Shown here in pieces: positions 24,270 to 36,215 of a stretch of 46,173 nucleotides of DNA. The stretch's first letter is position 1. Each line of letters opens with the position of its first letter. This stretch comes from Dimargaris cristalligena (lineage: Eukaryota). The stretch is from positions 1 to 46,173 of the forward strand of contig ML002295.1 in NCBI GenBank assembly GCA_003614675.1, given 5' to 3'. Both the position numbers and the translations under genes were made by a program. The notes under the pieces were generated by a model that saw only the letters and a list, made by a program, of their open reading frames with translations, did not search any database and was not told the origin of the DNA.

Positions 24270-27200
24270 TTAAAGAGGGGCCGTTTCACGTTCAAGCCAA
24301 TCGTAGGCCAGTTTGTTGTCTTTCAGCAGCGGGCCCACTTTGTTGAGGCACTCTTGGTGGTAGTCGTTGATCCACTTGATTTCCGAGTCGGACAGCAGAG
24401 ACACCTGGATCATCTTTCGTTGCATTGGGGCCTGTAAGGAATAAATGATTAAATAGATATAGGTATATTTTGATGGGTTTGGTTAACTCCGGTTAACTTC
24501 CAATGTGAAAAAGTGGGTAAAGATTGTTTGGTCCCCTCATAACTTAGAATGAGGATTTATCGAGGACGGTGTGGCTATCTACACAACCCCCACCCCCTCC
24601 AGACCACGACCAATCAGATTAGGGCGGATGAATGTGAATGTACATTGGGTATGTCCACGCGTATAACGTTCAGTAGGCCCAGAAAGCTTTATTTGATCCA
24701 TAATAGGCCAGTACTAGCGAACCCGACATTAGCAGAGATTATGGGTCACCGCGTCGTGGTGGTAGCAGCAATATATGTATATTCACTTACAAGCGTAACG
24801 TGTTCAAATTTCAAATAACCGATATTGCCAAAATTGTTGGGAGCCTCGGCTTCGGTAATGAGGAGTACGTTTTCAATACGAATGCCGAACTCACCATCTT
24901 CATAATAACCGGGCTCTATAGGTGTGGCATAGGGTTATTCATCAAGGGAAAGGGTGGTGGATGGTGAGAAACATAAAAGAGCCTAGCAAGGGCTAAGTGA
25001 TAGAAGTTCGAGGGCCGCCACGTGGATTGATAATAGGAGCCAAATCGTATAATCGACCAGGTTTGAATATATATATATTTAAAAAACATACCATTTGTAA
25101 CTGTCATCCCAGGTTGGAGCGGAGTGGAGTTGTAAAGAGCCCGGGTACCAATTCCGTGTGGCCCCTCATGGACATTCAGGAATGATCCTACGCCGTGACC
25201 AGTGCCGTGTCGGTAATCCAAACCCACCGACCAGAGGGGGCGCCGAGCCAGAGGATCCAGCAAATAGCCGGTAGTACCACGAGGGAATACCGCCGTATCA
25301 AGGGCAATATGCCCCTGCAAGACCCGGGTGAAACATTCCCGCTGCCAAGACGTGGGAGTGCCAAAATGCAGGGTACGGGTGACATCGGTAGTACCGTCAC
25401 TACAAGAGGAAAGAAGGTTTGATGCAATACATGAGAGCATCCCGGATGAACCAATAGATTAGATTAGTAAAGTAAAACAGGTACTGAGGCAATAGGGCTG
25501 TAGGGCATTATCTGCAAAAACAATACGCATAATAAAAGAACTTACTAGTACTGGCCTCCGGAGTCACAGAGGTAGAGCTCACGCAGGTTAATGTTCGAGT
25601 CAACTCCATGCTCGGGCTTATAGTGGATGATGGCACCATTGGCACCCGTGGAAGAAATGGTATCGAAACTCGGACCCACACAATGGGGCTGTTCGCGACG
25701 GAACTTCTCCAGTTGGTCGGCCCCGGCAGACTCGGATATTTTCCCATCCTGGCCCTGGAATAGCAGCTGGTCTTCTAACCAGGCGAAATAGCTCACCAAG
25801 GCGGCCGCGTCTCGGATATGGGACTGGCGCATACCCTCCAGTTCGGTGGAGTTCTTGATGGCCTTGGACGACATAATGGGCGAGAGAACCGTCTCGATAC
25901 GGTCCTCGCCGACGGTCTCCACCAGCGACCAACTGACCCCTAGGCCAGACACGAGCTTCTGCTGTTGAGCATCCATAGTTGCCACGGCCTCGCGAAGGTC
26001 GGTGAATACGGCCTGGTAAGGCTTCAGCGTAACTTGGTCACCCAAATGGGAGCGGACCGACGAGCCCAGTTTGGATTGATCAAGGTAGAGAACAATCTCG
26101 TTTTGGGTGACTAGGGCGTAGGCAAAGAAGACGGGGTTGAATGAGATGTCGGCACCTCGGAGGTTAAAGAGCCAGGCCACTTCGTCAAGGGCCGAGACGA
26201 GGAACCCATAGGCGTCGCGCTCAGTCAGAAAACGGCGGAGCTCGGCAATTTTATCCATAAAAGCTACACCTATTTGGCCAGGGCCAAGGTCATGTGCATA
26301 GGGTTGTGTGTGAGAGAGATGGGCCAATACACAATAGAACCAAATTACTTGTGCAATGAGTGTATGAGGGGGAGACGGGGGAAATGGGTACACCAAAGAG
26401 GGTGCGTGTGTGTGTAAAAATATCCTGACGTATTATTGATGTATTGTCAGTTAACCTACCGGCAAACTGCTTATCGAGAGCGAAAACGGGGGCGGATGGG
26501 GCGGCGGGGCGGTTGGACCAGATTTGGTCCACTAGATTGTCCTTGACCGGGACAAGGGTATTGTCGGCGGCCTTTAGACTCTCCACGAGCTTTGCGGCTT
26601 CGGCTAGTGGAAGATTGATGCAAGGATATGTATATCGAGGGGTCGTATAATGCGGAAAGGTGGGGTTAGGGGAGCTTATATGTAGCAATGCCCGTATAGG
26701 TGCCCCGCAGAAGGGTAGCCCCGCGTATTGCAATGGTAATTATGAGGGAATAAAGCTGGGTTACTTACGAGCAGCAATAAGGGTCGGATCGATACCAATA
26801 CGTGAGCCCGAGGGCAACTTTTTAACCAGGAAATCCTGCCAGTTTGGTACTCCAGGCATACCCAGCTTCATCAGGTTCCAATTGGCGTCCATCTGTTGGC
26901 TGGCTTGGAGGAAGTAGCGACCATCAGTGAACATGGAAGCCTTTGCGAGATCAATGACGGCGCAGCCTATAGAGCGGATATGGCAATAGGGCGAGCAAAG
27001 GGTAATGAGTAATGTGGTAGAAATGATTAAGTAGGTATTGGGGGGGGTCGGATAGAAGGAAATACGATAAATAACCAACTATACTACGCTGCTAAGGTTG
27101 TGGTACGAATCAAAGGGATGTGTCTCGGTAGTTTAGATACAGTGAAATACTTACCGGCAGAGCCCGTAAAGCCGGAGATGTAGGCACGACGAGCATCACA

Positions 27201-27827
27201 GCTGGCAATGTATTCACTCTTTGGGGGGGTTTAGACGCATTGGCGGTATTAAGGGAGGGGGATACGGAATAAGACAGGAAGGGGATACGATGGGAAGTTA
27301 GACTATGAAACAGACCCGAGGAAGCGGCACGTAATAGTAAGCAAGGGAGGGGGGTAAAGATAGTTGACCTTCAGCGCATCTCGTTGGTGAGACTTTCGCA
27401 CTTTCCTAATGGGGTCTGTGCAACTGTGACAGGCAAGGGTCCAAGCATATACTATATACTGTCACTCCCTCGATATAATAATAGGCGGGTGAATAAGAGG
27501 GGTTCCACACCAAAAAAATAGGGTAAAGATAAGCTATCCAACAATTCTCAGTACCTGGTGGGCGTCTTCACTCGGGACTACGTAAGCCTGGAGGTTGAGG
27601 TCCTTGCTGGTCATCAGTCGACGAAGGGCCTTGAGTCGGTCGGTGGTGTGAACGGTGTGGTCGGCGGAAGCCACCTCGGAACCCGGGGTTCGGGTAGACG
27701 AAGTCATGGCGGAGCAGTGGAAGTTAGTAGAGGGGGGCTGGGGAGATCGGAAAAGTCGGGGGAATCCCAAGGAGAGGCGGGGGGAACGGAGAGAGGCGGC
27801 AGCAGACCGTGCCAAGTTATAGAGCAT
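24270..27827 (-). CDS. Xaa-Pro aminopeptidase (aminopeptidase P, M24B; XPNPEP1/Fra1-like), 8 exons
   Basis: Exons 27827-27555, 27218-27155, 26966-26769, 26603-26460, 26269-25546, 25399-25092, 24915-24791, 24431-24270. Motifs [58 protein letters not shown] and [17 protein letters not shown]. Confidence 0.95.
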
Positions 27828-27852
27828 GGGCAGAGGGAGAGAAGGCGTATAA

Positions 27853-27892
<40 letters not shown>
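27853..27892. repeat. Compound (AT)n(GT)n microsatellite just upstream of the aminopeptidase start
   Basis: Directly visible. Similar dinucleotide runs occur at about 2893-2908, 4764-4782, 11786-11812, 31547-31569 and 36541-36560. Confidence 0.9.
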
Positions 27893-27893
<1 letters not shown>

Positions 27894-28919
27894 GTTGTTG
27901 TTATAATCTCGGTGGAATCGAAAGCGTGGGAGGCACAGCGCAAACGTATGCTGGAAGAAAGGCGAAGAACGGACTCGAAGATTTGGTAGGAAAGAAGGCT
28001 GGGCAGGGCGACGACGACTGCCGCCTTACCTATACTATATTCCAGGTGACCCGGCGAGAGTCACAGAAGATGGCGGGTGCGCAATAATAACCCCCTCTCC
28101 TGCTGATACTAGACGTCATAGGTGGAGAGCCCAGAGGAGTGAGGAGGCTGAGAAGGAGGGGAGGGGCGAGGCTATTTCCTTCATCTCCTAACCAATTGGC
28201 CAACCGTAAATCGGTTTGGATTATATGCGCTTACATTGATTATACGCATGCCACAAGGAAACTCAATGGGAAAATGGGGTTGGCTCTCTCCCTTTGTCTC
28301 CTCACATTATAGCCGGGTAAACCGACAGCGAACAATAGAATAGGTGCGTGAACTTTATCGTTCGCTGGATGCCACCTCTGTCTGTGCGTATGGCTCCAAT
28401 ATGGCAAGCATGCACACGTTGTCCCTCACCGGACTAAATCAATTATGTAGACAAGGCCCGCTCCACCAAGGGAGATATATATATTTCCATAAAAACCGAC
28501 TAGAGGAAGTCTAGAAAAAGGGGTTTATTGGGGGGTGATAAAAAAAAGGGGGGATGAGAGATAATCAATCATAGGCAATAGGTGGGATAAAATTTCATAC
28601 AAACGCAACCGGAGGAAGTCGGGCGTGGGGTTCGGAGGTACCGGAACCACCGGCACCGGGGGAGCGTATAGAACAGAGAAGCACAGCGCGGAAGTGGCCG
28701 CTTCAACCCAAGGAGGAATACCCTGGCGATCTTCAGATGACGCAGCGAAGGGGGGATGGCCAGCAGTAAGAGAAGGAGGACATACGAACTGACAGGACGA
28801 CGCACTACGGGTGGAGAGGCCAAGGTAAAGAGAGGAGTTGGAGTGAAGCAGTTGCGGATCAGCTAAGCGAAGGGATGTGGTTAGAGAAGCAGGAGAGAGA
28901 CGACGACTCCAGCAGTCCT

Positions 28920-29102
28920 TTACTCGGCCTTGGCTTCGGCGGCGAGCTTGGCGTAGTAGATTTCGTTGCGCTTGATGCCAGGGACGTGGGCGCCGTACCA
29001 GAAAGCGTAGCCGCCGGCAATACCGAGCCCAAGGCCCAAGGAAATGTCAAAGATAATAGCGCGGCGGACCTTGCCAGTGATGGGAGCGATACGGGGAACC
29101 AT
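28920..29102 (-). CDS. COX9: Cytochrome c oxidase subunit 9 / VIIa (COX6C family), 60 aa
   Basis: IAPITGKVRRAIIFDISLGLGLGIAGGYAFWYGAHVP...YYAKL matches the fungal Cox9 pattern (IAPITG..R+.+..D....G....G..FWYG.H). Single TM helix. Confidence 0.88.
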   Translation of the reverse strand: MVPRIAPITGKVRRAIIFDISLGLGLGIAGGYAFWYGAHVPGIKRNEIYYAKLAAEAKAE

Positions 29103-29925
29103 GGTGAAAATAAGTTAGGGTGGGGGAAGTAGTGGAGTGAAGCAGAAAGCGAAAAGAGGAACGAAGGTGTCAAAACAGACGAGATCGTAGGATAAGTAAA
29201 GGAGAATCAAGTCGCACTAGGTGGGGTTTTGGGTACTCCATAACAGCGACAAGTAGTGGTGGGGTGAGGAAGTGGATAGTGAGACCTTCACTTGCCTCCC
29301 ACCCTTCTATCTATGTAACTCTCCCCCCCCTCTCTCTTCTTCTGTATAGTATATATGGCTCACCCAATAACATTAGCACTAAGTGGGACAGGGTAGTTTA
29401 TTATATTGGGGAGACAGGCCCCTAATATGGGAGTTAATTCAACAACCTGGCTGCGAAATTTCACCCGTCAACCTTAAGCCTAGGAAATCCAGTCACGTGT
29501 ATCCATCAACTAAGGCATAAAAGTCACGCCCCTACCCTTTTTACCACCCTGGCGCTATCAAAAACAAAAAGGGGGGACACACCATCTAAGGATGGTGTGA
29601 TGTGGTTGTAGAGGTAGAGGTCCCTTGGGGACAGGCGCTTCACTTTAAAAATAACCCAACCACCTAATGTGTATGTAGCATTACCACGAACGATATCCAC
29701 CGCCGCCCTATCTTGGGTGTACTAAACTGATAACCGATGCAGGAAGTATGTATTAACTAAATGGTGTCGCTCAAAATCGCGATTGTCGAATAAAGCATTT
29801 GAGAAGGCTCGGAAATCACCGAGGTGGATATATATATAGATAAGTATAGATATCCCCATATGGGCAAGCCCGGCCAAAAACAACGCCCAACTAAAAGATA
29901 CCATTGGGAAACACAGCCCCCTCCT

Positions 29926-32133
29926 TTAGTCTTGGAATTCGTCGTCGTGGCCGTGGTCAAACAAGTAGTTGGCGGCCAGCTCCTCATTCTTATCGCAGGC
30001 AAAGTAGGCCTGCAGTACGACGTTCTGCTCAAAACCCAGATCCTCTAGACGAGAGATGGCATCGCGCTCCTCGGGCGTGACTTCAATGACCATTGATTGC
30101 TGGCCTCCGCCTAGCTCATCCCCCTCGACGTCGCCCATGAGCATCTGCAGAACCTCGTCCTGGTGGTTGTTGATAATCTAAAGAGTCAAGGAGGCGCATC
30201 GTAAGGTTGAAGGGGTGATATATATATAGATGTATACATATATAAATTAGCAGCGTATCCTATGGAATAGTCCTAAGGCAATAATAGAAATAAAAAGGGG
30301 ATCCGGTTGGAGTGGAAGGCAGCCGGTATTTCCATTTTGAAAAACGATATACAATCGGAATCAACAAAACCAACCAATCAATCACGGAGGCCAAGAGAAG
30401 CAGTTCCTATTAATTACCTCAATGAGACTGGGGTTGCTCTGGACCAGTTGCTGCAGGATAGGCTGGATGGTCTGGGGGTCCTGCTGAATAGCCTGCCGAA
30501 TCTGCTGGAATTGGGGGTGCTCCCGGAGATATTGAAGTTCAGGGGGCAGGTTGCTGCTGCGAGGAGCCATGGACTCTCCAGCACCAGCATCGCCCGCTAG
30601 CGGGGATTGAGCAGCCCGGGCTGAAGGCGACCGAACCTGAGAGGCAAGCTCGGCTTCATTGACATCGGGGATACCCTGTATAATATATATAGAGATATAT
30701 ATTCAGATGGTGGATGTCAAGGAAGATTAGTCAGGGACGGAATGGTCAATAACTTGAAAAGGTGGATGGTATCCCCCTACCCGTTGTATCTGATCCAGGC
30801 ACCTCGACCAATGACCCACAAATAAGAAAAGAGGAAAGAGGGACTCTAGGTTGAAGTTGTCTGACTTCAAGTATAACAAATTACACTTTGGAGAGGGTAA
30901 CAGCATTATCGACTTACATTCAGTAGATATTCAACCGCCCGGTCGGGGTTGTTGAAGCTCGCACGCATGGCCCGTACAACCATTTCCCGATCGTAGCCCA
31001 TCTCGATCATGTTGGAGATGACGGCCTGGTAGGCGGAGCCACTCACTTTTTTGGGGGTGGGGGGGAGGTGGTTGCAGTGGTAAGATGGAGGTGGTTAGGC
31101 AATGTAGGGGTGGTCTGTGTGAAAGATGCTATTCTAGCTTACTCTAAGCATAATATGATCATTGGGAAACTCATCAACTTACCTATACCATCGGTGGCAA
31201 TCTCGCCGGTAGTCTCGGGAGCAGCTTCGGTGGTATCACTCACCACGGGTACTGGGGTAACGCTCGGGGGCTGGGGAGTGACGGCCGAGGTGGTGCTAGA
31301 AGGAGCGGGGGTTTGGCTAATGGTGGCGGTATTGGCGGGTGTTGAAGGAGTGGCCTCCCGGGGGGTGGCGGGGGCAGGGGTCGTACTGACGGGTACTTTG
31401 GGCTGCAAGTGTCGTGGCAGGGTGGGGGGTTAATCAACGTAAATCGATTAGAAATGGATATACTAAAGGTGGTTAAGTAAAGCTAGTCATGAACGTCAAG
31501 TCTGGAGATACAGATTGGCTATGATAGAGTTCAGGAAAGGAAGTGCATATATATATATATATATATATAGGTACAGCTGCGGCCACACTCACCTTGGTAA
31601 TCATGACCACCATGAAGTCCTTCTCGGTAACTCCAGTGTCACCTACGGTTTGGCCATCGGTCAGAATTTTGCCTGCATGGAGTCGATTAGATATAACAGA
31701 ACCACCCGGTCGATAATTAGAAGATATTCAACATAAAGGTCAGGCACGAGTTGCGACTGTAGAGAAACTAGGTGGACATATAGGTTATTATCAATATGGG
31801 GAAGGAATAGAGGCAGAGCACCCCCCTACGACAAAATAGCCCGTGAAACAAGTGGCGGAGAAGACCACTTACCAGAAAAGACGATCTTCTGGTTCTCGGG
31901 TTTACAGCCCTGGGAGATCTCGATTTTCTGCTTTACTTCGGCGAACTAGCGGAGCGGGATGGAAAAGAAGGGAAATGAGGATTAGTACAAGAACCTGGCT
32001 CGGCTGGAAAGGGTATACAAGCGGGGAAGGGGCGGGCCCGGAAGAAAGTACGCGGAGTTTAACGTACGGTGTCCGAGGGCTCGGCCTCGATTTGGAACTG
32101 CTTCTGCTGGAGGGTTTTGAATGTGATTTTCAT
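29926..32133 (-). CDS. RAD23: UV excision repair / proteasome shuttle protein Rad23, 7 exons
   Basis: Exons about 32133-32068, 31945-31873, 31672-31593, 31402-31183, 31045-30918, 30675-30418, 30177-29926. UBL ([10 protein letters not shown]...[10 protein letters not shown]), UBA1 ([27 protein letters not shown]), XPC-binding ([18 protein letters not shown]) and UBA2 ([27 protein letters not shown]). Confidence 0.95.
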
Positions 32134-32822
32134 GGTGAGTGAGGGCGGTGTAGTCGGGGGAGTGAAGGGGGAGGGTTAACTGGGGATTTCAAACAGCGAC
32201 AATAAGGTAAAAGTAAAGGAGGAGGAGAACAATACTAGCAGGATTCAAGACAATAAAGCAAAGCAAAGCAAAGTAAGAAATGCAGTAAAATAGGGTGGGG
32301 ATGAAAAGCGCAGTAGTGAGTTAGACTTGTGAAGCAAGTCAGGGGAGAGATAAACGCCAAGATGGAAAAGAGGCTTGGGGAGCAGCCGAATGGAATCAAG
32401 GTAACTGGGAGTGCATGTTGTTTAGGTTTGGCGTTGACTAAACTTCTTTCAGGCGCAGTGGTCACACAACCCCGCAAAGCGAACGACCCGAAGAACCACC
32501 ACCACTCGAAGGCCGTCGAGCAATAGTTACGGGGGATTCCTACAGTATTAGCGGGTACAGTGAGTAAGAAGGCGGGGGGGAATGGAATAATGAATGGGTG
32601 TATAGTAAGTACCACCCAATAATCCCAGAATCCCGGATTGTCACGTGAATTTAAAGGGAAAAGTGGTTGGTGGGCCTCTAGCATCTAATTCTATATACTA
32701 CTACTATTGCCTCCCTACTTGGTGGAAATGAACTCGCAAAACGGGCAGTATTCCGGCATTTGCATGTATATACCACCGACCAACTATACGGGTATCTGAC
32801 CAGCCCACTTCTTCCATTCAGA

Positions 32823-32966
32823 ATATGGATGAAATTCAAACCAGCTGTATAAGGTTTTACATAATACATGTATGGGTGAATATGTGGGAGAATAGCCCTT
32901 AACCAGTAATATTGGCCTCATCCAATGGATTTTTCATTATACAGCCTGAATGAACTTCTCCCATAT
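32823..32966. mobile_element. MITE-like element, copy 4 (144 bp), between divergent RAD23 and MAPKK genes
   Basis: Left end ATATGGATGAAATTCAAACCAGCTGTATAA versus reverse-complemented right end ATATGGGAGAAGTTCATTCAGGCTGTATAA (23/30 identical by hand). Internal TTAACCAGTA...CCTCATCCAATGGATTTTTC is shared with the other copies. Confidence 0.75.
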
Positions 32967-34001
32967 GCAACCGTGCACCCGGCGAGTAAGGGGGGTCTTG
33001 GCAGATGAAGGAGGCTAAGTCTCAAACAGGCATTATTGAATCAATAGGAACCCCTGCAACAACGATTTTACCCATCGCCAGTGGGGTGGGGCGAGAATGA
33101 TTAAACTTAAACGGCCCCCCAAGGTATACCATAGCCCCGGCCAATAATACTTACTTACCTTCTTCCCCCAGCCGGCGCATCCGTGTGGTGCGTGTGGGTA
33201 GTAGTAAGTAGTGCCCAGATGCCATACTCTTTCGCTTATATGTCTGGTCATGCGCCCCGTCGTCAAGGTGGAGTGGTCGACCCTTACGAGTCCATCGCCC
33301 GATGCAATCGGACTGGGCCAGGCTGAATGGCGATTTTTCCTCTGGGTAGCGACAGTCAAGGAAGATATGCGGCGTTTTGTTGTTATAGCATGCTACCTGC
33401 CGGTGATTGTAGGCGAAAGCGAATATAAGGATGGTGTACTCTGTAGAGATAGTAGATGTACCACCCCACCCTCTCCAGTAGGCCTATAACAAAATGATTC
33501 CTGGGGAACTCCTCCTCCTCCCAGCCAGTGCATATAGTCAGAGTGATTTAATCTCGCAGTATTTAAAGCCGAGGGTAGCGCAGCCCTTCCATTGGGAACC
33601 ACTGAAAATACAGGATAGTATCGTATATTAGTCCCACGCCGATGGCATTTTATATTCCACGACTTGGTCCTCTTCCCCCATATACTGCCTACCGGTCCTT
33701 TCTCTTATTATTCTTTGCCCATTACTTACTTGCTTTTCCCAATCCTGTTATTGAACCCTGGTCAGGCCGCTGTGCTATTTAGCCTACCGCATCCTCCACG
33801 GACTGTTCGTTGTACGTATGCAACGGGGTCATCCGAAGTCTCGCTTCCAATCCCCTCCTTCCTTTTCAGCTTCGCCACCCACTCCCAGTTGGTTTATTGA
33901 GTACCTCGAACCCCCTTTTTTCTAGTATCTTATCCCTCCCCACCCGTAAGCACCCCTATACCGCTTCAGGTACTCGTGCAAGCTCCGCATATACCCCAAT
34001 T

Positions 34002-36215
34002 ATGCTGCCCGGCCAACCCACCCCCGGCCCGAAGAAACGCCCCAACTTCTCGCTGCGGGGCATTCAGCAACACAATCCCTTCGAAAGTTTCTCCAAAGTC
34101 GTGTAAGTCAAGTCCCACTACGTGTCCGTCCTTGTTTTTATGCCAGGTAGACTTTCCGACCTGGTTGACTCGCTCTATCCGATCCGGCAGTAGACTATAC
34201 CTTCCAAAGGGGCCGCCCCCACGGCCCTTTTAGCTCGAAACTATAGCCCGGCCCGGCCACACTTCTCACGCCCGGTGTCCTTTTCCGCCCCGAAGTGCCC
34301 TAAGCAGGCCGCCGTACTAACCTTCTCTTCCACTTACCTCCCCTCACCGACCTCCGCCTCCACCCATTCTAATATCTATCCATACCGAATAATTGCAGTG
34401 ATCTTTCGGGCAAACTCAACTTCGAGGGCAAGGCGGTGCTGCATTCACAAGGTGTTGATTTCAATGCGGGTCGGAAATACAATATCAAAATGGGCGACTT
34501 TGACTCTAGGTGCGAAATCGGCCGCGGTCAATTCGGCGTAGTTAGCAAAGTTTTCCATAGACCCACTAAAGTGATCATGGCCCTCAAGGTTAGTTCAAAC
34601 CCGATAAATTAAACCCCCGCTGCATTCCATCGAATGGCGCTAATCTACATTTATCCTATTCCATCAATCCGGCTCCGCTGGTGAATACTTAATGGACGCT
34701 TGAGCCGGGCCACCTTGACCCAGGGTGCATAGATGAGCCACCCCACCTATATGGGTGGGTCTTATTAATCCTGCCGATACTCTTCGACCTATCCCCCCAC
34801 ACACATATGTATATCCTACCCTATCCATTCTCCGCTAACCTCTCTCTCTCTCTCTCTCCCGCATTTGGCTAAATTCCCCACACCCTCCCTTGTCTGATTT
34901 CATAGGAAATCCGGCTGCAGCTTGACGAACTGCAACTCAACCAAATCCTTATGGAACTCAATGTGCTCCACGAGGCATCATCCCCCTATATTGTCGATTT
35001 TTACGGGGCGTTCTTCATTGAATCTTGCGTCTATTATTGTATGGAGTATATGGAATGCGGGTCCCTGGACAATATGTTCCATGTCGGCTGTCCCGAGGAT
35101 GTATTGGCCCGCATCGCGTATTCAGTAAGTCAACTATATTCCTACTTAGAGAGACCTTCCCGTTGGATTGTTGTATCCCACCCGGTTTTCCTTGTTTAGC
35201 CCACTGGTCTCGAGTCTCACTCATCCATTTATGGCCATATCGTTTACCCGGAATGTTCCTGTTAACATGACATCATGTCCAATTTTATTCACCATCACCA
35301 TGCCCCACCCAGATGGTTAGCGGTCTCAAGTTTCTTAAGGATAAATTCAACATCATACACCGAGGTAAGCACCTGTTCGGTTCTTCATAATAATCTCTCT
35401 CTCCCCCCCAACCTCCAGCCGTGCACACCAGTTCTATATCGGCAACCCTAATACTTAGCCTAAACTCTCCCATCTTCTTTCACACTGTATATATTTGTGT
35501 GATTGATTAACATAGATGTTAAGCCCACCAACGTATTGGTGAATTCCTCGGGTGAGATCAAACTCTGCGACTTTGGTGTATCCGGAAAATTAAACGCCTC
35601 CCTGGCCAAGACCCGGGTTGGATGCGAAAATTACATGGCGGTACGTTATCATTATGGATAGCTTATCCCGGTGCACTGTCATTCAGTTGCCCATGGAAGA
35701 ACATGCCTCTTAGCCTCTGGCTGTTCGGTTTAAAACCGACTATGCGCATCAAAAAAAATATATACCAATTTCCCTAACCATTACGAATTTTTACTACCTC
35801 TATTCACCTAACCCCCCTCCCTCCCCTTCATCCCTAATGCATCTAGCCGGAGCGTATCAAGAGCGGGGCTTCCGACCAGGGTTACACTGTCCAATCCGAT
35901 ATCTGGTCCCTGGGTATATCGCTGGTGGAAATGACCACGGGCAAGTACCCCTATCCACTGAATGGTCGACCTACCACGTCTGTGTTTTTGATAATGCAGG
36001 ACATTATCAATGGCCCGGCCCCGAGCGTCGATACCGAGAATTATTCAGAAGAGTGCCGCGACTTTATCTCCCGATGCCTCGAGAAAGACCCCAACGACCG
36101 CCCTAGCTACGCCCAGTTATTGGAACACCCCTACTTAGTCAGATACCAGAACACCCACGTCGATATGACTGGCTGGGCTCAGAACGCACTCCGTAGTTCG
36201 CCCAGTTCTAGCTAA
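34002..36215 (+). CDS. PBS2: MAP kinase kinase, Pbs2/Wis1 type (HOG pathway), 6 exons
   Basis: Exons 34002-34102, 34399-34588, 34906-35124, 35313-35364, 35516-35640, 35847-36215. Motifs [66 protein letters not shown], activation loop SLAKT and YMAPERI. Confidence 0.88.

Noticed and set aside
4575..27827. Idea of an iron-handling cluster (STEAP, Mon1, Fra1-like aminopeptidase)
   Set aside because: The genes are far apart, interspersed with unrelated loci and share no visible regulatory motif; most likely coincidental.
28569..28823. 84-aa minus-strand ORF downstream of COX9
   Set aside because: Non-ATG start, lies in the probable COX9 3'UTR, and has no domain signal.
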